Assembly: GCA_964016885.1 (NCBI GenBank)
Contig: OZ024740.1
Span: forward strand, 84,878,001 to 84,942,000
Source of the DNA: Eledone cirrhosa
Lineage: Eukaryota
Length of the DNA stretch: 64,000 nt
Direction: 5' to 3'
The notes below the pieces were generated by a model. That model searched no databases, was not told the DNA's origin, and saw nothing but the letters and a program-made list of their open reading frames with translations. The translations under genes were made by a program, and so were the position numbers. The stretch's first letter is position 1, and the number at the start of each line of letters is the position of its first letter. Shown piece by piece: positions 1 to 16,316 of the stretch.

Positions 1-139
1 GCCTATTCCGTATCATGATGATAATGTCAAACTGTAAAACTATCCCTGGTTCTATACAAAATTGTTTGTTTTAAAATGTTTAAATTTTTTAAAACACCTT
101 CCATGATTTTATGTAAGAACTTTAATAATGGTTTCTAAT

Positions 140-345
140 TTAGCCACTAGGCTTGTAATTTGGGGAGGAGAGAAAGTTGGTTAAATCAACCCCGGTACTT
201 GACTGGTACTTTATTATATCGATCCCAGGAGGATGAAAGACAAAGTTGACTTTCTAGGGATTTAAACTCAGAACATAAAGAGCCATAACTAAATGCTACA
301 ACATATTTTGTTTGGCACTCTAACAATTCTGTCAATCCACCACCC
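140..345 (-). mobile_element. Degenerate tRNA-derived SINE, same family as 27855-28020 and 38180-38375
   Basis: Shares 'ctggtacttt..tatcga.ccc..aggatgaaag.caaagt' with the other copies. Confidence 0.7.
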
Positions 346-984
346 TAAACGCCAGCTTAATAATGAGAAAATATTTCATATTTCTAAATCGTTCCAAATT
401 CTTGATTATTTTCAAAATAATTTCAAAATTACAGTCAGTGTCTTTCATTAGAAATATGGTAACAAAAGGGTTAAAGCATTCAGTAGCTAGCCATTCCCCT
501 CAACACACTGCTCTATGTTCCACATATTCATTCACAGTAAAAAATTATTATAATAAAAAAAAAAAAGAGATATGAATGTTAATTCAATCAATCATTGTTT
601 TATTTTCACTTCAGAAATTAAAAGTCCAAAACCGATTCAAATTAAAAACAACATTGAACTTCATAACTGAATATGGATATTATCAATTATCAATCTTTAT
701 TTTGTTTTTATAACATAGTCAGATGATGACGGATAGTGTTCATAACCTTTTTCAGCTTCTAAGACTGGTGGGTGGAAGGAAGAAACCACTAGTCATGGGT
801 TATCCTCAGACTAAAGACCAGGTCTAAATATTTGTAACAGAGCAAGCTTCATCTAAAAACACCCAAGAGTCACCAGGCAGAAGTGTTAACTTCATTGAGG
901 CTCCCAAGAGTTACCTGACAAGGGTGTTAAACATGGCAATATTTTAAGTCTATCATCCCAAACAGGTAAGATACAGTAAATCTT

Positions 985-1128
985 ACAAGCTTCTGCATAG
1001 TTACCATCTACCTAATTTCACACAAATCTATAGTAGAGGACATTTGCCCAAGATGCTATGCGGTGGTATCATACATGGAACCACATACTTGCAAAGTAAA
1101 CTTCTTAACTACACAGTCATGCCTGCAT
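985..1128 (-). mobile_element. tRNA-derived SINE head (second family)
   Basis: 'caaagtaaacttcttaactacacagtcatgcctgc' is an antisense tRNA-like head; a similar sequence occurs at ~23540-23625. Confidence 0.55.
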
Positions 1129-1532
1129 ATAGCAAATTAAGATAAGATACACAAGAGAGAGTTCCTTCTCTAGTTCCTTAAGAGGATTTAAGTTCAGCAT
1201 TACCATATAAGCAAATGTAGTATTCTCAGTGATAGAGTATCTTCATTACATACATTTATAAATATCAAAAATACATTACATTGTAATGCCAGTTACAATA
1301 TTAGACTAATAAATGCTTTTACAATTTATTTAGTTGTGACAGTCCATGTAAGAAAAAATCTGATATATACAAAATAGTTTATATATATACTGAATTCTAT
1401 ATTAGCTGCCTTCTCCACCTATGTTTTACCTGCAGATGATGAAACTGAGTATTGGCCATATCATTTTCACCTATCTGTATATAGAGTTAAGCATTAAAAC
1501 TTAAACCACCAACAAAACATCAACCATTTTGA

Positions 1533-2030
1533 TCATCATCATCATCATCATCGTTTAACGTCCATCTTCCACGCTAGCATGGATTTGGACGGGAATTTTC
1601 CCACTTGAGGCAAGATTGGTTGTCTTGCTCGTATAGGACTGTCTGGCGGGTTTTCTACGGCTGGATGCCCTTCCTAACACCAACCACATTTACAGTGTGG
1701 ACTGGGAGGTTTTTACCGTGTTACCTACACGGCCACATTACAGCGTGGACTGTGTGTGTTTTTGTCGTGACACTTACACGCCCTCATTTGTTTCAGACTG
1801 GATGCTGTGGTACCAACATAACTTTACATTGGATGGGGTGGGGGTAGTGGGGCTGAGGTGTATTTTGTTAGAGGTGCCTACTGACTGTAGGTTTCGCTTT
1901 GTACTTAGGCAAGGCGGGGCTTCTGTATTACTGTGTATCACCAAAGATCTCAGTCCAGTGACATTGTCTTGGAGAGGTGTAAGTATTGCGATAAACCACA
2001 TAAATCTACAATAACTCAATACCCACGATT
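1533..2030 (-). mobile_element. 5'-truncated RTE-clade LINE 3' end with (GAT)n tail
   Basis: (CAT)n at 1533-1551; close match to 34391-34880 and to the 3'UTR at 31378-31700. Confidence 0.85.
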
Positions 2031-2203
2031 TCACTAGTCTGAGAGGTCTAGCAAAGGTCATGGACAATCCACTCTTCTTTTGAACAACTTATAAAAGAAA
2101 ATGATAACAGCAAACCAAACAAGTCCCTGGGGAAGAATAATAAAGATTTTTTTTTGTTTACTGTTGATTAATTTTTTTTTTTTTTTTTTTCCATCTAATT
2201 TAG

Positions 2204-3095
2204 ATTACTGAAAAACCCTCCCAAACTTGCTGATCAACAAACATATCTTATTGACCCTGACACACAAAATATGCTGATAGAAAAATACTATCAATTTGAT
2301 CCTCGTGTTGTAAGGGAAATTCTTGGTAAGAAACTCTCAGCTCGCAATCGCAAAGATCTGGATGATGTAAGTGAGAAGACTAAAGTTTTATTACGGAGTT
2401 GTCGTCGTCAGTTTGATAACATAAAACGTGTTTTTAAGACTGTTGAAGAAATGATGGGTACTCTAGTTGATAACATCTGTACCTATTATCTCCTTCCTAA
2501 AGAACTTGCTCGACAATACGCTGCAATAGTTTTCATCACAAACAATAGGTTTGAAACTGGTAAGAAAAAACTTGCATTTCTCACATTCGAAGATTATGTT
2601 CATTGTGCAAACCAAATGATTGCTAAATGGTCTTACAGTTCTGTGGAATGTACAGGCCATGAAGACATGGATGTTGATCTAGACAGGGATTTTTTACAGA
2701 AGCTACGGGATCTAAAAATTCTTACGGAAAAGGAGCACCTTGATGAACATAAAAGTATTGTCTTAGATAAAGTGCTGAAAATTATGTCGGACAGAGCATT
2801 TCAAGATCTTGAGGCCAATTTCAAGAATGTTTCTAAAACAATAATTAATATTGCTTATGGTCTGAACCATAGTAAAGATGCACGTGACATTTTTGTTGAT
2901 TTGGTTGAGAAAATGATAGAACCATGTTTCCAGTCACGATGGACACAAGCAGATATGCAGTATTTCTTGACAGCTTATCGAGAGAGCTGCAAAGAGATGC
3001 AGCTGTTTATCCGCACCGATCCAAACTTGCTTGTTGTGTGGGAGCGATACATCAGCACACTTTCTAGTTGTGTTTTACAGATTTATCACACATGA
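2204..3095 (+). CDS. FIBP: Terminal coding exon of acidic fibroblast growth factor intracellular-binding protein; upstream exons not found in the window
   Basis: Poly-T tract and AG acceptor at 2202-2203. The frame extends upstream of the listed ATG (LLKNPPKLADQQTYLIDPDTQNM). The protein matches FIBP motifs (YYQFD..VVREILGKKLS..RKDLDDVS.KT...SCRRQFDN.KRVFK.VEEM.G.LVDNI; NNRFETGKKKL). Stop TGA at 3093-3095. Confidence 0.93.
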
Positions 3096-3692
3096 CTTGG
3101 GCTGTGAGCATGTGTTTTACCAGGGGACATTTATGTGGTGCATTTGACATGCTGAAACAAAGGGCTGACAGCTTAGCCAATCAGGGATCCTTCTAGACTC
3201 AGTCATTCTGCTGTAGATGTAAGTTATTATATATATATATATATACACATACATATATATTCTACATAAATCCTAATTGCACAAAAATATAAAATTCTAT
3301 CCAACCATTAATTCTTTCACAACCAAATTAACCATTATTCTCATTTAGTTATAATATAGAGAAAAATAATATCTAAATATTTTATATAGATTTTATTTAG
3401 CTTACATCTCATACTTTCTGCACAATATCATTTCTTTTCTCCATCACATTATAGGAGAATTAAAAAAACAAAAGAAAAGTTACTATTGATTCCTAATATT
3501 GGCACAAGGCTACAATTTAAATATATCTCTCTATATATATATGTGTATATGCGTGTGTGTATATTTATATATATATATATATATATACATCCATACACAT
3601 ATATATATACATTCATACACATATATATATATACATTCATACATATATATAAATTGTAAGAAGTCGTTTCACATTAATGTTTTTATTGATTA

Positions 3693-3791
3693 TCGACCAG
3701 ATAGGTATGTTTCACAGATGATTGGCTCAAGGTCCATATTTGTGTTATAAACCTGACTCCAACATCAATCTGCTCATCAGACATTAATCGA
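3693..3791 (-). ncRNA. Type I hammerhead-ribozyme-like motif with extended stem II (stems I and III degenerate)
   Basis: Minus strand reads CTGATGA-GCAGATTGAT...ATCATCTGT-GAAAC. Stem II pairs well. Homologous to 26026-26117. Confidence 0.55.
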
Positions 3792-3899
3792 GGTAGAAAC
3801 AAAATTTCGTCTGATATATATATATATGTATATGTATGTATGTATATATGTATGTATGTATATATATATATATGTATGTATATATATATATGTATGTAT

Positions 3900-3930
<31 letters not shown>

Positions 3931-3975
3931 TGTATGTATATATATATGTATATGTATGTATATGTATGTATGTAT

Positions 3976-4006
<31 letters not shown>

Positions 4007-4074
4007 TGTATGTATATATGTATATGTATGTATGTATATATATATGTATGTATGTATATATGTATGTATGTATG

Positions 4075-4107
<33 letters not shown>

Positions 4108-4224
4108 GTATATATGTATGTATATATATATGTATGTATGTATATATATATGTATGTATATATATATGTATGTATATATATATGTATGTATGTATATATA
4201 TATGTATGTATATATATATGTATG

Positions 4225-4264
<40 letters not shown>

Positions 4265-4384
4265 TGTATGTATATATATATGTATGTATATATATATGTA
4301 TGTATATATATATGTATGTATGTATATATGTATGTATGTATATATATATGTATGTATATATATATGTATATATATATGTATATA

Positions 4385-4621
<237 letters not shown>

Positions 4622-4842
4622 GTATGTATGTATATATATATATGTATGTATGTATATATATATATATATGTATGTATGTATATATATATGTATGTATGTA
4701 TATATATATGTATGTATATATATATGTATGTATGTATATATATATGTATGTATGTATATATATATGTATGTATGTATATATATATATGTATGTATGTATG
4801 TATATATATATGTATGTATATATGTATATATATATATGTATA

Positions 4843-4878
<36 letters not shown>

Positions 4879-4920
4879 TATATATATATGTATATATATA
4901 TATGTATGTATGTATGTATG

Positions 4921-4951
<31 letters not shown>

Positions 4952-4960
4952 GTATGTATG

Positions 4961-5015
<55 letters not shown>

Positions 5016-5080
5016 ATATATGTATGTATGTATATATATATATGTATGTATATATATATGTATGTATATATATATGTATG

Positions 5081-5113
<33 letters not shown>

Positions 5114-5902
5114 GTATATATATATATGTATGTATATATATATATGTATGTATATATATATGTATGTATATATATATATATATGTATGTATATATATATG
5201 TATGTATGTATGTATATATATATGTATGTATATATATATATATGTATGTATATATATATATATGTATGTATATATATATGTATGTATATATATATGTATG
5301 TATATATATATGTATGTATATATATATGTATATATATATGTATGTATATATATATGTATATATATATATATATGTATATATATATGTATATATATATGTA
5401 TGTATATATATATGTATATATATATGTATGTATATATATATGTATATATATATGTATGTATATATATATGTATGTATATATATATGTATATATATATGTA
5501 TATATATATGTATATATATATATATGTATATATATATGTATGTATATATATATATGTATGTATATATAAATATGTATATATAAATATGTATGTATGTATA
5601 TATAAATATGTATGTATGTATATATTTATATATGTATATATATATGTATGTATATATATATATGTATGTATGTATATATAAATATGTATGTATGTATATA
5701 TGTATATATATATGTATGTATATATATATATGTATGTATGTATATATATATGTATGTATATATATATATATATGTATGTATATATATATGTATGTATATA
5801 TATATATATATGTATGTATATATATATATGTATGTATGTATATATATATGTATATATATATATGTATATATATATATGTATATATATATGTATATATATA
5901 TG

Positions 5903-5979
<77 letters not shown>

Positions 5980-6046
5980 GTGTATATATATATATGTATA
6001 TATGTATATATATATGTATATATATATATATATGTATGTATATATG

Positions 6047-6077
<31 letters not shown>

Positions 6078-6198
6078 GTATATATATATATATATGTATA
6101 TATATATGTATATATATCTATATATGTATATATATATGTATATATATATATATATGTATATATATATGTATATATATATATATATGTATATATATATG

Positions 6199-6333
<135 letters not shown>

Positions 6334-6580
6334 GTATATATATATATGTATATATATATATGTATATATATATATGTATATATATATATGTATATATATA
6401 TGTATATATATATATGTATATATATATATGTATATATATATATGTATATATATATATGTATATATATATGTATATATATATATGTATATATATATATGTA
6501 TATATATATATGTATATATATATATGTATATATATATATGTATATATATATATGTATATATATATGTATATATATATATG

Positions 6581-6625
<45 letters not shown>

Positions 6626-6648
6626 GTATATATATGTATGTATGTATG

Positions 6649-6679
<31 letters not shown>

Positions 6680-6713
6680 GTATGTATGTATGTATATATA
6701 TATATATATATGT

Positions 6714-7048
6714 ACAAAGCCAGTCCCACTCTCTTAACCAAGATGATATTTACCAAAAAGAAGAATAAGTCAACATCATTGGATACCATTTTATAGTGCC
6801 TTTGCTCACTATAAAAGCTTCACGGCACAGGCATTGCTTTATATCTGGAGATCTCTCTACACTTGTCGTCACATGGTACCATGGGCCCAACACTATGTGT
6901 CAATAATTGTCACAGGTGTAGTGTTTGTACCAGAGTTTTCAAGTCGCTGGCTGGACTAAAAGTCACACTCGTTCAGCGCATCGGTAGGGGTTCTCCTACA
7001 TGGATATAAAGTAGTGGCCGTACTCGAAAACGAGTTGGCAGCCACCAT
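6714..7048 (+). mobile_element. Bipartite RTE-derived non-autonomous element, 5'-inverted copy
   Basis: 6714-6789 is the reverse complement of the unit's middle; 6795-7048 is forward and ends ...gagttggcagccaccat. Confidence 0.85.
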
Positions 7049-7081
7049 ATATATATGTATATATATATGTATGTATGTATG

Positions 7082-7214
<133 letters not shown>

Positions 7215-7261
7215 GTATATATATATATGTATATATATATATGTATATATATATATGTATG

Positions 7262-7312
<51 letters not shown>

Positions 7313-7391
7313 GTGTATATATATATATGTATGTATATATATATATGTATATATATATATATGTATGTATGTATATATATGTATATATATG

Positions 7392-7426
<35 letters not shown>

Positions 7427-7619
7427 GTATGTATATATATATATATGTATATATATATGTATGTATATATATATATGTATATATATATATGTATGTATGT
7501 ATATATATATATGTATATATATATATGTATGTATGTATATATATATATGTATATATATATGTATGTATGTATATATATATATGTATATATATATATGTAT
7601 GTATGTATATATATGAATG

Positions 7620-7658
<39 letters not shown>

Positions 7659-7667
7659 GTATGTATG

Positions 7668-7718
<51 letters not shown>

Positions 7719-7727
7719 GTATGTATG

Positions 7728-7758
<31 letters not shown>

Positions 7759-8495
7759 GTATATATATATGTATGTATATATATATATGTATATATATAT
7801 GTATGTATATATATATGTATGTATATATATATGTATGTATGTATATATATATGTATGTATGTATATATATATGTATGTATGTATATATATATATATGTAT
7901 ATATATATATGTATATATATATATGTATGTGTATATATGTATGTATGTATATATATATATATGTATATATATATATGTATGTGTATGTATGTATATATAT
8001 GTAAGTATGTGTATATATGTATGTGTATGTATGTATATATATATATATGTATATATATATATGTATGTGTATGTATGTATATATATGTAAGTATGTGTAT
8101 ATATGTATGTGTATGTATGTATGTATATATATGTATGTGTATGTATGTATGTATGTATATGTATGTATGTATATATATGTATGTGTATATATGTATGTGT
8201 ATGTATGTATGTATATATATGTGTATGTATGTATATATATGTATATGTATGTATATATATATATATGTATGTATATATATATATATATGTATGTATGTAT
8301 ATATATATATATATGTATGTATATGTATGTATGTATATATATATATATGTATTTATATATATATATATATGTATTTATATATATATATATATGTATGTAT
8401 ATATATATATGTATGTATGTACATATATATGTATGTACATATATATGTATGTACATATATATATATGTATATATATATGTATATATATATATGTA

Positions 8496-8903
8496 TTGGT
8501 GCTACTGGTAACATGTATCCCAGTACAACCTGTCCCATGGTCGGGTCGTTGGCGACTAAACTGGCAACCCCACCAAGGTTTCTTGGTGAGGAGGGTGACT
8601 TTGGACATCCTGCAGGACTAAAAACAAAACCTGTCAAAGGGCAAAGGAGCTCTTAAGAGTCAATGGCCATCCAAAATCACCGGGAGAGATGACCCCTTAG
8701 CCTTTGTCAAGGCAGAATTCTAGGAGAAGGAAAACTCTGATATAACACCTGCAACCCTGATGGTATCCAATGATGTTGACTTGTTCTTCTTTTTGGTAAA
8801 TATCATCTTGGTTAAGAGAGTGGGACTGGCTTTGTGCAGTGCCTTTGCTCACTATAAAAGCTTCACGGCACAGGCATTGCTTTATATCTGGAGATCTCTC
8901 TGC
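8496..8903 (+). mobile_element. Bipartite RTE-derived element, cut off by the gap
   Basis: Near identical to 42411-42970 and 43019-43431. Confidence 0.85.
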
Positions 8904-9103
8904 NNNNNNNNNNNNNNNNNNNNNNNNNNNNNNNNNNNNNNNNNNNNNNNNNNNNNNNNNNNNNNNNNNNNNNNNNNNNNNNNNNNNNNNNNNNNNNNNN
9001 NNNNNNNNNNNNNNNNNNNNNNNNNNNNNNNNNNNNNNNNNNNNNNNNNNNNNNNNNNNNNNNNNNNNNNNNNNNNNNNNNNNNNNNNNNNNNNNNNNNN
9101 NNN
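8904..9103. other. Assembly gap (200 N)
   Basis: N run. Confidence 1.
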
Positions 9104-9164
9104 GTATGTATGTATGTATATATGTATGTATGTATGTATATATGTATGTATGTATATATATATT

Positions 9165-9196
<32 letters not shown>

Positions 9197-9237
9197 TATA
9201 TATGTATGTATATATATATATATATGTATGTATATAT

Positions 9238-9268
<31 letters not shown>

Positions 9269-9594
9269 TGTATATATGTGTATGTATATATGTATATGTA
9301 TGTATATGTATATGTATGTATATGTATGTATATATATTATATGTATGTATATGTATGTATATATATATGTATGTATATGTATGTATATATATATGTATGT
9401 ATATGTATGTATATATATATGTATGTATATATGTATGTGTATGTATATATATATATTTATATATGTATGTGTATGTATATATATATATATGTATGTATAT
9501 GTATATGTATGTATATATATATATGTATGTATATGTATGTATATGTGTATATATATATATGTATGTATGTATATATATATATATGTATATATAT

Positions 9595-10038
9595 AAGGAG
9601 CTCTTAAGAGTCAATGGCCATCCAAAATCACCGGGAGAGATGACCCCTTAGCCTTTGTCAAGGCAGAATTCTAGAAGGAAAACTCTGATATAACACCTGC
9701 AACTCTGATGGTATCCAATGATGTTGACTTGTTCTTTCTTTTTGGTAAATATCATCTTGGTTAAGAGAGTGGGACTGGCTTTGTGCAGTGCCTTTGCTTA
9801 CTATAAAAGCTTCACGGCACAGGCATTGCTTTATATCTGGAGATCTCCCTGCACTTGTTGTCACATGGTACCATGGGCCCAGCACTATGTGTCAATAATT
9901 GTCACAAGTGTAATGTTTGTACCAGAGTTTTCAAGTCGCTGGCCGGACTAAAAAGTCACACTTGTTCAGCGCATCGGTAGTTCTCCTACATGGATATAAA
10001 GTAGTGGCCATACTCGAAAACGAGTTGGCAGCCACCAT
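9595..10038 (+). mobile_element. Bipartite RTE-derived element, 5'-truncated, with (ATGT)n tail
   Basis: Same unit; ends gccaccat-gtatgtatg. Confidence 0.85.
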
Positions 10039-10521
10039 GTATGTATGTATGTATATATATGAATGTATGTATATATATATATGAATATATGTATATATAT
10101 ATATATGAATGTATGTATATATATATATATATGAATGTATGTATATATATATATATATGAATGTATGTATATATATATATATGAATGTATGTATATATAT
10201 ATATATGAATGTATGTATATATATATATATGAATGTATGTATATATATATATATGAATGTATGTATATATATATATATGTATGTATGTATATATATATAT
10301 GTATGTATATATATATATATATGTATGTATATATATATATATATATGTATGTATATATATATATATGTATGTATATATATATATGTATGTATATATATAT
10401 ATATATGTATGTATATATATATATATATGTATGTATATATATATATATATGTATGTATATATATATATATATGTATGTATATATATATATGTATGTATAT
10501 ATATATATATATATATGTATG

Positions 10522-10552
<31 letters not shown>

Positions 10553-10657
10553 ATATATATATATATATGTATGTATATATATATATATATATGTATGTAT
10601 ATGTATGTATATATATATATATATATGTATGTATATATATATATATATATATGTATG

Positions 10658-10688
<31 letters not shown>

Positions 10689-10751
10689 GTATGTATATAT
10701 ATATATATATGTATATATATATGTATGTATATATATATATATATATGTATG

Positions 10752-10782
<31 letters not shown>

Positions 10783-10979
10783 GTATGTATATATATATAT
10801 ATATATATGTATGTATATATATATATATATATGTATGTATATATATATATATATATGTATGTATATATATATATATATATGTATGTATATATATATATAT
10901 ATATGTATGTATATATATATATATATATGTATGTATATATATATATATATATGTATGTATATATATATATATATGTATG

Positions 10980-11040
<61 letters not shown>

Positions 11041-11173
11041 ATATATATATATATATATGTATGTATATATATATATATGTATGTATATATATATATATAT
11101 GTATGTATATATATATATATATATATGTATGTATATATATATATATATATGTATGTATATATATATATGTATG

Positions 11174-11210
<37 letters not shown>

Positions 11211-11474
11211 GTATGTATATATATATATATATATATGTATGTATATATATATATATATGTATGTATATATATATATATATGTATGTATATATATATATAT
11301 ATATGTATGTAAAATATATATATATATGTATGTATATATATATGTATGTATATGTATGTATATATATATATGTATGTATATATATATATATATATGTATG
11401 TATATATATATATATGTATGTATGTATGTATATATATATATATGTATGTATATATATATATGTATATATGTATG

Positions 11475-11591
<117 letters not shown>

Positions 11592-11603
11592 TATATATAT
11601 ATG

Positions 11604-11674
<71 letters not shown>

Positions 11675-11676
11675 GA

Positions 11677-11849
<173 letters not shown>

Positions 11850-12391
11850 TAATGTATATATATATATATATGTATATGTATGTATATATATATATATATG
11901 TATGTATATGTATATGTATGTATATATATATATATATGTATGTATATGTATGTATGTATATATATATATATATGTATGTATATGTATGTATGTATATATA
12001 TATATATATGTATGTATATGTATGTATATATATATATATATATGTATGTATATGTATGTATATATATATATATATGTATGTATATATATATATATATGTA
12101 TGTATATGTAGGTATATATATATATGTATGTATATATGTATGTATATATATATGTATATATATATGTATGTATATATATATGTATGTATATATGTATGTA
12201 TATATATATGTATGTATATATGTATGTATATATATATGTATGTATATATGTATGTATATATATATGTATGTATATATATATGTATGTATATATATATGTA
12301 TGTATATATATATATATATGTATGTATATATATATGTATGTATATATATATATGTATGTATATATATATATATATATGTATGTATATATAT

Positions 12392-12446
<55 letters not shown>

Positions 12447-12507
12447 TATTATATTATATATATATTTATATTGTATGTATATATATGTATGTATATATAT
12501 ATGTATG

Positions 12508-12542
<35 letters not shown>

Positions 12543-13147
12543 TTATATGTATGTATATATATATGTATGTATATATATATATATGTATGTATATATATAT
12601 ATATGTATGTATATATATATATGTGTATGTATATATATATATATATATGTATGTATATATATATATGTATGTATATATATATATATGTATGTATATATAT
12701 ATATGTGTATGTATATATATATATATGTGTATGTATATATATATATATGTATGTATATATGTATGTATATATGTATGTATATGTGTATGTATATATATAT
12801 ATATATGTGTATGTATATATATATATATATATGTATGTATATATATATATATGTATGTATATATATATGTATGTATATATATATGTATGTATATATATAT
12901 GTATGTATGTATATATATATGTATGTATATATATATGTATGTATATATATATGTATGTATATATATATGTATATATATATGTATGTATGTATATATATAT
13001 ATGTATGTATATATATATATATGTATGTATATATATATATATGTATGTATATATATATATATGTATGTATATATATATGTATGTATATATATATATGTAT
13101 GTATGTATATATATATATATGTATGTATATATATATATATATATATG

Positions 13148-13216
<69 letters not shown>

Positions 13217-13240
13217 ATATATATATATTATATATATATG

Positions 13241-13308
<68 letters not shown>

Positions 13309-13309
13309 G

Positions 13310-13348
<39 letters not shown>

Positions 13349-13638
13349 ATATATATATATATATTATATATATATGTATGTATATATATATATTATATAT
13401 ATATATATGTATGTATATATATATGTATGTATATTATATGTATGTATATATATATGTATGTATGTATGTATATATATATGTATGTATATATATATGTATG
13501 TATATATATATATGTATATATGTATGTATATATATATATGTATGTATGTATATATATATGTATGTATATATATATGTATGTATATATATATATGTATATA
13601 TATATATATGTATTTATATATATATATGTATATATATG

Positions 13639-13675
<37 letters not shown>

Positions 13676-13804
13676 TATATTATGTATATATATATGTATA
13701 TATATATATATATGTATATATATATGTATGTATATATATATATGTATATATATATGTATGTATATATATATATATATATGTATATATATGTATGTATATA
13801 TATG

Positions 13805-13837
<33 letters not shown>

Positions 13838-13890
13838 GTATCTATATATATGTATGTATATATATGTATATATATGTATGTATATATATG

Positions 13891-13968
<78 letters not shown>

Positions 13969-14288
13969 TATATGTATATATATGTATGTATATATGTATA
14001 TATATATGTATGTATATATATATGTATGTATATATATATGTATGTATATATGTATGTATATATGTATGTATATATGTATGTATATATATATGTATGTATA
14101 TATGTATGTATATATATATGTATGTATATATGTATGTATATATGTATGTATATATATATGTATGTATATATGTATGTATATATATATGTATGTATATATA
14201 TATGTATGTATATATGTATGTATATATATATGTATGTATATATATATGTATGTATATATATATGTATATATATATATATATGTATATG

Positions 14289-14390
<102 letters not shown>

Positions 14391-14453
14391 TATGTATGTA
14401 TATATATATGTATGTATATATGTATATATATATATATATGTATGTATATATTG

Positions 14454-14500
<47 letters not shown>

Positions 14501-14686
14501 GTATATATATATATGTATATATATATATGTATATATATATACGTATATATATATACGTATATATATATATGTATATATATATATATGTGTATATTATATA
14601 TATATGTATATATATGTATATATATATGTATATATATATATGTATATATATATATGTATATATATATATATGTATATATATATATG

Positions 14687-14753
<67 letters not shown>

Positions 14754-14779
14754 GTATATATATGTATATATATATATGT

Positions 14780-14847
<68 letters not shown>

Positions 14848-14962
14848 CTATATATATATATCTATGTATATATATATCTATGTATATATAAATGTATGTA
14901 TATAAATGTATGTATATATATGTATGTATATATATGTATGCATATATATGTATGTATGTATG

Positions 14963-14995
<33 letters not shown>

Positions 14996-15036
14996 GTATG
15001 CATATATATGTATGCATATATATGTATGTATGTATG

Positions 15037-15098
<62 letters not shown>

Positions 15099-15104
15099 TA
15101 TATG

Positions 15105-15167
<63 letters not shown>

Positions 15168-15544
15168 GTATATGTATGTATATATGTATATATATATGTA
15201 TGTATATATATATGTATGTATATATATATGTATGTATATATATATGTATGTATATATGTATGTATATATATATATGTATGTATATATATATGTATGTATA
15301 TATGTATGTATATATATATATGTATGTATATATATATGTATGTATATATATATATGTATGTATATATGTATGTATGTATATATGTATGTATGTATATATA
15401 TATGTATGTATATATATATGTATGTATATATATATGTATGTATATATATATGTATGTATATATATGTATATATGTATGTATATATATATATGTATGTATA
15501 TATATATATGTATGTATATATATATATGTATGTATATATATATG

Positions 15545-15605
<61 letters not shown>

Positions 15606-15864
15606 GTATGTATATATATGTATGTATATGTATGTATATATATGTATATATATATGTATGTATATATATGTATATATATATGTATGTATATATATATGTA
15701 TGTATATATATATGTATGTATATATATATGTATGTATATATATATGTATATGTATATATATGTATGTATATATACATGTATGTATGTATATATATGTATG
15801 TATGTATATATATATGTATATGATAAGAGGGTGTTAAAGTTTGCTTGAAGCATTGTGAAATGTG

Positions 15865-16118
15865 TAAAATACGTAGTTTAGAAAGCCACAACAATGCAGA
15901 GGGAAATCTCGAGGTAGGAAGTGAATGATAGAAAGGAGAAATAGGTGAGCCCGAAATATTGGGATTAAATCTCCACTACGGTAACCCTTCTACCTTTGTT
16001 TTGTTTTCATCTTTGTCTCTCTCAATTTTCACTTTCTCCTATTTCTCCTTTCTATCATTCACTTCCTACCTCGAGATTTCCCTCTGCATTGTTGTGGCTT
16101 TCTAAACTACGTATTTTA
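15865..16118. repeat. Foldback with perfect 81-bp inverted arms (15865-15945 / 16038-16118) and a 92-bp spacer
   Basis: The arms are reverse complements by inspection. Confidence 0.92.
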
Positions 16119-16124
16119 TATATG

Positions 16125-16174
<50 letters not shown>

Positions 16175-16208
16175 TGTATATATATGTATATGTATATATA
16201 TGTATATG

Positions 16209-16283
<75 letters not shown>

Positions 16284-16316
16284 GTTAAAAGAATAGAGGT
16301 GTAACACACAAGTTAT

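Noticed and set aside
600-1500. Upstream FIBP exons
   Set aside because: Candidate AG acceptors (~614, ~1435) give no FIBP-like N-terminal peptide
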